Positions 46,401 through 56,553 of a stretch of 64,000 nucleotides of DNA are shown piece after piece (the first letter of the stretch is position 1; each line of letters opens with the position of its first letter). The DNA lies in the NCBI RefSeq assembly GCF_032191835.1, contig NC_083242.1, positions 496,001 through 560,000 of the forward strand. Reading direction: 5' to 3'. The DNA is from Heteronotia binoei (taxonomy: Eukaryota). Both the position numbers and the translations under genes were made by a program. Under the pieces are notes generated by a model. The model was not told the origin of the DNA, did no database searches, and saw nothing but the letters and a program-made list of their open reading frames with translations.

Positions 46401-48261
46401 GATGCCTGGCAGGAGAGGACCGGGGCTGAGGGGAGGGACACGAAGCAGAGGGTGCCAGCCTCCTCCAGCTGAGGCAAGCAGGCCCGTCCCTCTCCCCTCC
46501 TACTGCTCACTTTGGTTATGACTCCCCCCCCCCCCTCCCGAACTGCCTACTGCTGCTGGAGGCCAGTGAAGACTCTCGCCTCCTGCCAAATCAAGCACTG
46601 AGCAGGAGTCCCAGCCATCCACACAAGAACCCGTGCGCAGGTGTGAGATGCCCACCTCAAGAGCTTTTGTGGGCAGCCACACAGGACCTGCCAGCTTCCT
46701 TTTGGGTGAGTGGCAGCAAGCCAGGCACTCCCAGTGGGTCAGCGTGGCAGAGAGAGGCGGCTGGTCACAGGGAAGGGTGCTGCTTCCTGTACTTGGGGGC
46801 AGTGGCTTCCCTCCCCGTGGCTAAGAGCAGAGGGGCAGAGGGCAGGCTCCTCTTTCTCCTCTCTGGGAGCAGCTCTGGCCCAGTGCAGAGGAAGAGGCTG
46901 CTGGGTTTGGGTTTCACTTACAAGGGAACCTAGATGATCTGGGAACACCACAGAGGAAGAGGTCGAAGCCAGCCACAGGTGGGAGCTTTCCTGCCTCTTC
47001 TCCCTCTAAGAGATCCCTGCTCTGAGCTGCAGGGCTACTCATTTCGAGGCTTCCCGCCAGCCAAGGTCACCTGCCCACTGCAGCATGTCCTCAATCCCCT
47101 CAGCTGCTCCAGGCACCAGCCGGCTCTGGTCAGTGTCTTCCAGCCTCAGGATGAAGCGGCCTCCATGCTTTTTGGCAAAGATGTAGTTGTACAAAGCCGT
47201 CCGCAGGCCCCCCAGGTGCAGGAAACCTGTGCCAAAGAGACAGAGTCACAAAGGCAGTGTGGCACGGCTGAGCCCGGGGAAATTGGGGCTGCGGGGCACT
47301 TCGGGGCCAGTCTCTCTCTCACTCTGGCAGGGCCGCTGGGGGCACAAAATGCAATCGAGGACAAACACATGCCCGACCGTGGCAAGCCATTTCTGAACTG
47401 CTCTTGCTCTGACCTGGATGCTCCAGGACAGCCTGATCTCCTCAGAGCAGAGAAGCTAAGAAGGGCCAGCCCAGGTTAGTGCTTGGATGGGAGACCTCCA
47501 GGGAGGTCCAGGGTCGCTGGGCAGAGGCAGGCGAGGGCCACCCGCTCTGCTTGGGGGTCTTGGAGGCTGAGCAGTGGGAGCCCTCCGGGGTCGCTGGGCA
47601 GAGGCAGGCGAGGGCCACCCCCTCTGCTTGGGGGTCCTGGAGGCTGAGCAGTGGGAGCCCTCCGGGGTCGCTGGGCAGAGGCAGGCGAGGGCCACCCCCT
47701 CTGCTTGGGGGTCCTGGAGGCTGAGCAGTGGGAGCCCTCCGGGGTCGCTGGGCAGAGGCAGGCGAGGGCCACCCCCTCTGCTTGGGGGTCCTGGAGGCTG
47801 AGCAGTGGGAGCCCTCCGGGGTCGCTGGGCAGAGGCAGGCGAGGGCCACCCCCTCTGCTTGGGGGTCCTGGAGGCTGAGCAGTGGGAGCCCTCCGGGGTC
47901 GCTGGGCAGAGGCAGGCGAGGGCCACCCCCTCTGCTTGGGGGTCTTGGAGGCTGAGCAGTGGGAGCCCTCTGGGGTCGCTGGGCAGAGGCAGGCGAGGGC
48001 CACCCCCTCTGTTTGGGGGTCCTGGAGGCTGAGCAGTGGGAGACCTCCAGGGAGGTCCAGGGTCTCTGGGCAGAGGCAGGCGAGGGCCACCCCCTCTGCT
48101 TGGGGGTCCTGGAGGCTGAGCAGTGGGAGCCCTCCGGGGAGGTCCAGGGTGGCCGGGCAGAGGGGTTGCACCTGTGTTTCCTCCCCGTGCTCACCTGTGG
48201 GGCTGGGGGCGAACCTCACCCGGCAAGCCAGAGCGGAGGCGGCGGCGGGAGGGAGCCCCAT
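40445..48261 (-). CDS. EARS2: Mitochondrial glutamyl-tRNA synthetase, 9 exons, 499 aa
   Basis: complement join(48195..48261,47071..47226,46216..46405,45568..46040,45217..45325,43981..44134,43229..43359,42932..43067,40445..40528) = 1500 nt. [23 protein letters not shown] (HIGH-like), [26 protein letters not shown] (KMSKS-like), ends [27 protein letters not shown]. Exons 2-9 equal recalled human sizes. Confidence 0.96.
40547..42628 (-). mobile_element. Young 5'-truncated L2-clade LINE in EARS2 intron 8
   Basis: RT motifs [52 protein letters not shown] in one frame (42627->40822) broken only by one TGA at ~41800 where Trp is expected; A-rich tail; candidate 6-bp TSD AGGGTT at 40541..40546 and 42629..42634. 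Confidence 0.93.
44214..44387. mobile_element. hAT-superfamily MITE, 174 bp
   Basis: TIRs CAGTGTTCCCTCTAAG / CTTAGAGGGAAGATTG; perfect 8-bp TSD CTCTTCAC (44206..44213, 44388..44395). Confidence 0.9.
44400..44850 (+). mobile_element. CR1 3' end with duplicated 3' UTR
   Basis: ORF2 end remnant (CTGCAGGAAGTGGTGGTGGCTACAAGC...CAGTGGCT) then two UTR copies joined at TCTTATG|TCTGGGGCAG. Confidence 0.8.
47500..48155. repeat. 77-bp GC-rich minisatellite (~8.5 copies) in EARS2 intron 1
   Basis: Unit GGGTCGCTGGGCAGAGGCAGGCGAGGGCCACCCCCTCTGCTTGGGGGTCCTGGAGGCTGAGCAGTGGGAGCCCTCCG; period visible in ORF starts 47574/47651/47728/47805/47882/47959. Confidence 0.95.
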
Positions 48262-48476
48262 GGTTGCAGCTCTGCCGACTGACAGGCGGAGCCTCCCCGC
48301 GCAGGCGCACTCTACCGCTGTCCCCCGCGGGGCGGGGCGGTGCCAGGGAGGGGGCGTGGCCGCGGAGGGGAGTCCCGCCCCTGAGGGCGAGCGGGCCGGG
48401 CGACGGCGGCCGGCGAGGGCCAAGCGAGGCGCCTTTTTTCCCGGCACCCCCCGCGGGCGGCTTGTACACAATCATC
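48262..48476. promoter_or_regulatory. EARS2/UBFD1 bidirectional CpG promoter
   Basis: Divergent ATGs only 215 nt apart; NRF1-like GCGCAGGCGC (~48299), GC boxes (GGGGCGGGGC ~48329). Confidence 0.8.
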
Positions 48477-51400
48477 ATGGCCGCCGCCGCGTCTGCCTCT
48501 CCCGGTGCGGCTCAGGCCGGGGGGCGGGAGGGCGGGCGGGAGGGGCGGGGGGAGCCGCGGGGCCGCCCCGGCGAGGCCCTGCCCTGACGCGCTCTGCTTC
48601 TCTCCCCGCGCAGACTCGGAGGAGGCCGGCATGGAGCCGGAGGCGCAGAACCCGCCGCTGGGCAGCCGGGCGGAGGGCGAGGCGGGGCCCTCTTCGGCGC
48701 AGGAGGCGGCGGCGGCGGAGGAGCCCGACAGCGCGCCGCCCCAGCCTTCCTCCTCGTCCGCCCAGGCCGCGGTCAGCAACGGCGGAGACCCGCCCGAGCT
48801 GGAGAAGGAGCTGGTGGAGCTGAAGGTCATCTGGAACAAGAACAAGTACGACGTCCAGTTCCCGCTGGACAGCACCGGCGCCGACCTCAAGCAGAAGATC
48901 CACTCGCTGACGGGTGGGTCAGGCCGGTGCCCCTCGCGAGGCCTCCCAGGCACGAGGAATTAGGCCAACACTGTGCCAGAAGCCCTCCCGCTCTTGCCCC
49001 CCGAGCATCCCTGCCCCAGAGTGTTCCCCCCACACCTTGTGGCCACAAGCCACCCATGGACCTCTGCTCCAGATGCTTTTGCAGTCTCCTCTTGAAGCTG
49101 CCCCCGCCTCCTGCGGCAGGAAATTCCATGTGCGAGGGACTCACACTTGCTGACTAGTGGGGGCCCCAGAGCCCCAGCAGGGCTAGAACCCCAGAAGTCC
49201 TTCCTCGCTTTCCCCACAAGCGCCAAGAACACAGAGTGTCGCTACCCCAGATAGAGTGTTCCATCGATACCTTCTGGCTAAGAGCCACTCATGGGTCTCT
49301 GCTCCAAACATTTACATAATCCCTCTTGTAGCTGTTTATGCTTTGAGCCACCACTGCTTCCTCTAGAAGTGGGAAAACCTTGTCTGAGCTAAAAGCAGGT
49401 TGTTGTTTTCTTAATTTCTCCTGGTGCAGGCCTTCCTCCCACAATGCAAAAGGTCATGTTCAAAGGGCTTCTGCCAGAGGAGAAGACGCTGCGGGAAATC
49501 AAAGTAATCAATGGCGCCAAAATCATGGTGGTGGGTTCCACCATCAATGATGTCTTAGCAGTCAGCATACCGAAGGACGCTGCACAGCAGGAGGTAAAGT
49601 CAGAAGAGACCAAAAAGGAGCCCCTCTGCAGGCAAAAGGTGAGTGGCGGCTCTTAACCTACCTGGTTCTGGTCAAAGACATGTAGATCGGAATGCAATGT
49701 TGATAGTTTGGAAAGCCTGACTGCCGCTTTGATTGTAACATTAGCTTGTAACCCACTGGGTCTCGCTGGAGCAGTCAAGGTAGTGAGCCCCAGTGTTATT
49801 TGATTCCTTGTCTTAAACATGTGAGGCTGAGCAACTTTGTCCTGTGTCAGCCACTGATCTTCCAAGGTCAAAATCATTTCCAGGGGTTCAGCAATCTTTT
49901 GCGTTCTTCCGCTGAACCTCAGGCCATCCCCTTTGTCTGGTTGATTTGTAGTCTGCTTTTCTCACTGAGACCCAAGATGGTTTAAGCAGCAAAAGTCAAT
50001 GCAGTCAACAGGAAGTGATCTCTAATAAATGGTCAGATTTGAGTCTCTTGGCACCTCAGAGACCAGCAGGATGTTCGGGATAAAAACTTCCCAGAATCGG
50101 CGTTCCCTTCATCAGATTCTTGCACAGTCATTCCCTGAAACTCTTACTGGTCTCAAAGTTCCTGCTTGACTCAGAACTAACGACTCTTCTGCAGACCAGC
50201 ACGGCTGTTCTCCAAAACTAATAAATTATGTGATTAAACTAAAGTTACAGAAATTTAAAGCAAAGCAGAAAATAATTAGATATACGTTAAGCAGTGGAGA
50301 AAATGGTATTGCAAGTAATAGGCAATGTGGAGGAAGTGTATGTACATAGAGCTAACAGATAACATAAGTTATCCATAGCAGTCTAGTCTACAGTCCCATT
50401 GTTTGTAAACAAACAAAACCCCTGCCTTCCAGAACCGTTCTGTTGTAGTGTCGCTCTGTTTTGTGAATAGATGTACTTTCTGGAACAGTTTTGTTTGCAG
50501 ACAGATAGTAGCATGGGAGTCCTCCTGCTATCCTTTGGCAGGCCATTCTAGAAGTTGGGGCTGCAACAGAAGGTTCATCTATACTGGCAGTTTATTTTTT
50601 TATTTTGTGAATTTATAGTCCGCCCTTTCCCAAGATGGACTCAGGGTAGGTGACAACACAGCAAAACAGTTAAAATCACACAATAAAACAGTTAAGAATT
50701 AAACAGTTGTTGGTCTTGCATTTTTTTAGGGTGGGACCCCCAGAAGACAAACAAAGCTGTTGCAGTAGAACATAGGAGGAGAGATTGCTTTGTAAATGTG
50801 AGCTGCCTTTGATCTGGCAGTCAGTATTTCTCTTTGAATTTGGTAACTGATGGGGAGCCAATAGAGTGACTGCAGACTGTGTGTAAAATGCATACTCTGA
50901 GCTGTATTGGCTGGAATTTCTGAGTTGACTTCAAGGGCACATCTGTGTAGAATGCGTTAAGTTTGCCTGCTTATAGTCACAATTGAACTGCATACATATA
51001 TACGCACACTGCTTTTGAAGCCAAATATTACTGCTTTTGACACTTTCATTTACACAGTTCTGCTAACAATTGGCCCAATTGTGCATTTGGATTTCAGTTA
51101 CACTTAAGTTTTCCTGAAAATGCACTAATATTTGTGCACAAATATTGATTAAGCTCTGTCTGTTACCCATTATGAGGTTGGATCTCAAGTTACTGTTTCT
51201 AAAAAGTGTGTTTTTAACATGTTTAAAACTTCAGTGAAAATTTTATGAAATGTGTTTTAATTCTTTACTACCAAGACACTAAGGGGGAGGGGAGGTTGAT
51301 AGGCCTGTTTATTTCTTGTTCAGCATCCAGGTTGTTTGGGTTATTTTATAGAAGCATGATTCATAACAAGCTGCTTATTGTGCGTCTGCCTAGCCTTTTG

Positions 51401-54400
51401 AAGTCCCAGCAAATGGGCAGAAGGGAAATCCTTCTAAGCTTCTGTCATGTTGAGTCATGTGTGGTTTCTGCTTTGTCACAGCAACACAGGAAAGTGTTGG
51501 ATAAAGGCAAACCGGATGACGTGATGCCTTCTGTCAAAGGTGTACAGGTGAGCAAGTGAGCGTTGTTGTTCTCAAGGCAGGTAAGTGCCTGAGGCTGTCC
51601 CTGAAACTCTTCTTCCTTGTGCATACACAGAGAGCTCTCTCCGTTTTTCTGCTGAAACAAACTTTTTGGTTTTCTCCTCTTCAGGAGCGCCTGCCAACTG
51701 TTCCTTTGTCGGGTATGTACAACAAGTCAGGTGGGAAAGTGCGACTCACCTTTAAACTCGAACAAGATCAGCTCTGGATTGGTACTAAAGGTAATGTTTT
51801 TTTAAGATGTGGTTTTTATTATGCATATTTTGATTTGTTAGCTGCCTTGGTGATCCAAAAAGACAGGGCGTTAATTTAGTTTTTTTTTTTTAATTAAAAA
51901 GTTGACACCCCCACAGTTTACATTCTGGAGGCATGTTTTTGGAAGACAACAGGTGCTTCACATTTTACCCCCTTCCAGAAAATTTGTTGTTTTGCTTGTT
52001 TGTAATTTGAACAAAACATGAAAGTGTGCAAAAAGGCACATGCAGCTAAGAAAACCAAAAGCATTGGTCCTCTGGCTATCTGAACTGTCATTTGGTCTTT
52101 GTTTTTTTGTACATTGGTAAAGAGTATTTGAAGTACCATCAGTGCTCTGCTCCTTGCGTCTTGCTATACAAAGGTCACACAAGGGGCTGACTCAGACACC
52201 CCTCTGAAATTGCCAGAAAAATCCCTCCAAACGACCAGGCCTTTTTTTGTAGCAGGAACTCCTTTGCATATTAGACCACAGACCCCTGAAGTAGCCAATC
52301 CTCTTGGAGCTTACAGTAGGCCCTGTAAGAAGAGCCCTGTAAGCTCTTGGAAGATTGGCTACATCAGGGGTGTGTGACCTAATATGCAAAGGAGTTCCTG
52401 CTACAAAAAAAGCCCTGCAAATAACCACATCTGCTGCCTGCCCCCATCCCATACTCCCCCTGTCCTCCAGCCTCCGGAGAGCAGCTCAAAAAGCTACCAG
52501 TTTGGAAGTGGTAGCAGATCTTTAAGCTGTACACCAGTCACCTCCTCACCATCTGCAAGGGCACAAGTGAGGCGCCTTGGCATGTAAAACTGCCAAGCTG
52601 CCCCAAGCCGCTTCCATTTAAAAAACAACAACAACTGCCCGGAGTGCTTGAGCGTTTAACTTGTTGGGGAGGGGAGGGGGAGAGAGCGGTCCAGCTTCTG
52701 AGGCGGCCACTTTCGGATCATGCCAGGCCACCCCCCAGACAGGATAGGGCTGCCTCACCAGGGAGCGTGTGGAGGCTTCAGGATGGCTCTTTTTCAGCCG
52801 GCCTGATTTGGAACGCCTCCAGTCCACCCACAATGCCCATCTGTTATCATCCAAGGAGTAGTTTATTGTGGAGTCGGGACAGTTCTTGCCCACAGACGAG
52901 TGAGAAGGGGACAGATCTCTACCCCAGGAAGAGCGGTTAGATGCAGCCCCACTGCAGTTTAGTTTGGGGGGAAACCGCGGCAGCCTGAGGAGCTGAGCAA
53001 GGGTGGTGAGTGGCCCTGGCCTCTCCATTCCCAGTTCCAGGTGCTCACTGGAGAAACTGGATGGAGCAGGAGCAGCGTGGGCAGGACCAAAGAACTGGAA
53101 GCAGCACTGAGCTCTGGGCCACTCTGTGCCTTTCCTTCTCCGCTCTGTTTTTTGCAGCTCCACAGAGTTTCAACACCTCTTTGCCATCTCTGGATTTCTG
53201 CCCGCTGTGTTTGCACTGCGTAAAGAGCAGGGCAGGCCCGGCAGCTCCACAGGCCCTCGTTCATCAGAGGGGGGGAACTGGAAGGGCAGCCTGTGTCCTC
53301 AAGAGAGCAGCCGGTCATGCTGCTTTGAGTGTGGAGGGGGGCAATAGGAGTCGCAGCCATAGAGCTGGGAGATGCCAGAGAGCCTGCCAGACCTAGCTGA
53401 CTGTCTCAGCTGTTTGTGGTCCTCCTCCTGATCACAGCGATGATCCTTTTCTCCTGTAGATCTTTCAGTGCTCAGCCTGCTGCCTCAGCACTTCAGCAGG
53501 CTTTGCACAGAGATGGTTTGCCAGTTCCTTTGGCAAAAGGGCCTCTTTCACCCAGCCTCACATGTCTCAGCTAGAGGCCTCTGTGGGTTTTAGGGCAGGG
53601 GGTCACTGCTAGCCAGGAGATAAGCGGAGCAGGATTCTCTTTTGAGATCAGGCTGCACTTGGTGGAATAATATTTTTTTTTAATTCTGTCAAGGCTGCAC
53701 TCGTTTTTCTCCCTTCTTGCTTGTTGTTACACCTCCGTACCGCTTCCATTTTGAATGTTTGGCCCTTTCTTGCAAAGAAATTCCTGCCTAATGCAGTTTG
53801 GTCTCTCAGGAGGAAAAAGAAGAACAAGGAGCAGGGCAGAGGAGTTCATTTGGCCTTTTAGATCCCAGCACGTTTCCCCACACGCTTTGTCAGGGGATCT
53901 CAAACAGAAACTCCTCTGGTTCAGACCTTGGACGAATAATAACCTGCCCCCCTTTTCCCTCCTGCCTGCCAGTGTGGCTGCATTTTCTCCCCACTTGCTA
54001 TCTCAGGCCACGCTTTGAAGGCATGTATTCCGAAGGCTCTGCAAGAGCACAGACTGGAAAGTAATGGGGTTCGAGGGGTTTAGCCACTGGAAGAGCTTCT
54101 TTGATTGATGGGACTGTCAGGAGGACATAGTTGGAGGTTTTGTTCTGTGTCATAGTGGGAAGTTATTGATTTTTAAAATGTGCAAAGTCTCCTGTGGACT
54201 CTGGCAGTGAGCTGGCCCTCGTGATGGCTTGGGAGCCCCTCTTCTCTCCCCGCCCTGGCTCTGGACAGGGGAGGGTGGCAACGGAGGCCTTTGCAGCCGC
54301 TGACTGATGGAATGATAAGAGCCTTCTTATTTGCATCTAGAGAGAACAGAAAAACTGCCCATGGGGTCCATCAAGAATGTGGTGAGTGAGCCTATCGAAG

Positions 54401-56276
54401 GACACGAAGAATATCACATGATGGTAAGCATCGTCACACTGCGCGCGGCAGGGGGCACTGAGTGCAAATGGTGAAGGGGCCTCGTGGTGCTGGCGACTTC
54501 TTGTGTCATGTTCCCGGAAGTCTAGTCCTTTCCTGCCCTGTTTCCTATAGAAGGAATAGGCCCTGCCTTTGACCTCAACCCAACCTCAGCTCCCTACCAA
54601 CAGAGGTACAGCAGGTGGGCAGGGGTCTTTTTTGGGGGGGTGGGGGTGGGAGGGGGCTTTATCCACCAGTACTCTTCCATCAGCTGGCACTCGGGCCCCA
54701 AGGAAGCTGCCGCTAGACTGAGGCTCTGTGACCGAGGTGCTTGCTTGCTGCTGCTTTGTAAATTAGTGTGTTTTATTTATTTTTAAAAAAACATTTGGAA
54801 GGTGCTTTTCCTTCCTGTGGAGCTCAAGGTGGCTTACAAACGTAGATGAAACACATGAAATAAAATGCACCAGAATTAAAAATCACAACTGCAGACTTCT
54901 GGTAAACGTAAGCCAGTGTAGCCTTGAATAAAACCCTCCTCAGCTGCTTCCTAAAGACTGAAAGTGGGGGGAGCCAGCCACAAGTCCCTGGGGAGATGGT
55001 TCCTTAACTGTGCCCCTGGAAAGGCCCTCTCTCCTCATGTGCCCGCTGGATGAGCTTCTTTGATTGAGGAGGACCTCTCCTGGGGATCTGAACTCCTGGG
55101 CTGGAACACACAGGAGAAGACAGCCTTCAATTGCCCTGTAGGGCTTCAAAACCCACACCTTGAATTGGGGCTCAGGAGCAGGTGAGCAGTAGCATAATTG
55201 CTGTAATATTGGGGCCAAAGTGCTTCTGATAGTTGGTCCCTATCAGCAGTCTAGCCACACATTCTGCATTAGCTGCAGCCTCTGAACACTCTTCAAGGGT
55301 GGCCCTACGTAAGGCAAATTGCAGTAGTCCAGTCTGGATGCAACTAAGTTATGGTCGCTGTGGCTAGATCTGACTGACCCAGGAACAAACGCAGTTCAAC
55401 ACACTGGCTCATGCTGGGCAAAAGCACTCCAAACCAGTGCAGCCGTCTGGTTTTCTAAGGTGATGGCTGTGTCAGATGGCGCTCCCGGTCCCTGGCCTGC
55501 CTTCCTGCTGCCCCAGAGAACCTCTGCCTGGCCAGGAGTAAGTTCCAGCTTGTTCACAGAAGCATGGAGTTGGAAGGAACTCCAAGATCATCTAGTCCAG
55601 CACCTTGCACAGGGCACAACTACATCCCCCACGCACCCCCAGCAGCCCCTGCTCCATGCCCAGAAGATGGCAAGAAAAACCCTCCAGGATCTCTGGCCTG
55701 GAGAAAAATTGCTGGCAGTCAGCATTTCCCTGGGCATGCAGTTCTCATCTAGCTGTCAGTACTTTTACAGTTGTAATTTCAGGCCATCTTCAGTAATTTC
55801 AGCCAATCAGTTTGGAAAAGCAGGACAGAAATCCTGTTAGCAAATAAAGGCTTCCTGAACCGTTTGGATGATGGGGTTTCTACACTTTGCTAAGAGCAGG
55901 AGTCTGTAAACTCTCCTGGTCAAGAGAACAAAATGTGTGCCTTAAACTGCAGCGGCAGTTGTTGTGGGCTTGGGCACCTGAGCCTTTAAAAAAAATATTA
56001 CAGAAGTACACATAACGTATCAGTGGCAAGGATCCTGAAAGGTGGGGGAGAGCCGTTGCAGAGAAGCTGAATTTAAACTTGCAAGCAATTAGTTGTTTAA
56101 TGTCCCCCCCCCCCCACCGCCCTCTGAAGGGCTTTGGCGCTGACCTTCTCTTCCTCCCCTCCCAGGCCTTCCAGCTGGGTCCCACCGAAGCCTCTTACTA
56201 CTGGGTCTACTGGGTGCCGACCCAATACGTCGACGCAATCAAAGACACGGTGCTGGGGAAGTGGCAGTATTTTTGA
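48477..56276 (+). CDS. UBFD1: Ubiquitin domain-containing protein UBFD1, 7 exons, 300 aa
   Basis: join(48477..48504,48614..48913,49430..49638,51482..51547,51685..51790,54341..54423,56166..56276) = 903 nt. LKVIWNKNKYDVQFPLDSTG, MQKVMFKGL, QHRKVLDKGKP, ERLPTVPLSGMYNKSGGKVRLTFKLEQDQLWIGTK, ends YWVPTQYVDAIKDTVLGKWQYF*. Confidence 0.97.
50041..50218. mobile_element. Penelope-like retroelement terminal remnant with degenerate hammerhead core
   Basis: GAGTCTCTTGGCACCTCAGAGACCAGCAGGAT... and partial inverted arm ...GGTCTCAAAGTTCCTGCTTGACTC...TGCAGACCAGCACGGCT resemble reptile Penelope ends (recall); minus strand CTGATGA...GAAG. Confidence 0.5.
50585..50710 (-). mobile_element. Old L2-type 3' tail fragment
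   Basis: TTTATAGTCCGCCCTTTCCCAAGATGGACTCAGGGTAGGTGACA resembles the reverse complement of the L2 tail at 40575-40625. Confidence 0.55.
52236..52417. mobile_element. hAT-like foldback MITE, 182 bp (UBFD1 intron 5)
   Basis: ~81-bp inverted arms (CAGGCCTTTTTTTGTAGCAGGAACTCCTTTGCATATTAG... / ...CTAATATGCAAAGGAGTTCCTGCTACAAAAAAAGCCCTG); TSD CAAACGAC/CAAATAAC. Confidence 0.88.
54770..55460 (-). mobile_element. Decayed L2 3' region
   Basis: Tail-like TTTTATTTATTT...GCTCAAGGTGGCTTACA and degenerate ORF2 C-terminal sequence (GCAGTAGTCCAGTCTGGATG, TTCTGCATTAGCTGCAGC) similar to 41100-41240. Confidence 0.6.
55560..55700 (-). mobile_element. CR1 3' end fragment
   Basis: GAGTTGGAAGGAACTCCAAGATCATCTAGTCCAGCACC matches the reverse CR1 terminus. 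Confidence 0.6.
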
Positions 56277-56547
56277 AGGCACGCTCACCTCTGGCACTGC
56301 AGACTGACTCGAACCGAAAGGACACTGCTGGGAGAGGCCTGGGCGTGGGTTGTGGTCCTGGAACTTCTTACACCAACACGATCTGGAAGAGGCCCGGGAG
56401 GAGGAGGAGGACGACGCCAGAGGTGGGGAATCTCTCGCCATTAGTTTATTTTTAACTTAAAAAGTGCAACAGCAGCCCTCTTTTTCTGCAGGCGGCTTCC
56501 ACCCTACTTTAAACAAAAAATGAAAAAAACCAGATATGATGGAAATC

Positions 56548-56553
56548 AATAAA
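56548..56553 (+). terminator. Proximal UBFD1 polyA signal AATAAA (a distal ATTAAA at 61058..61063 may end a ~4.8 kb 3' UTR)
   Basis: AATAAA 270 nt after the stop; distal ATTAAA lies in 3'-end-like context. Usage not determinable from DNA. Confidence 0.45.
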
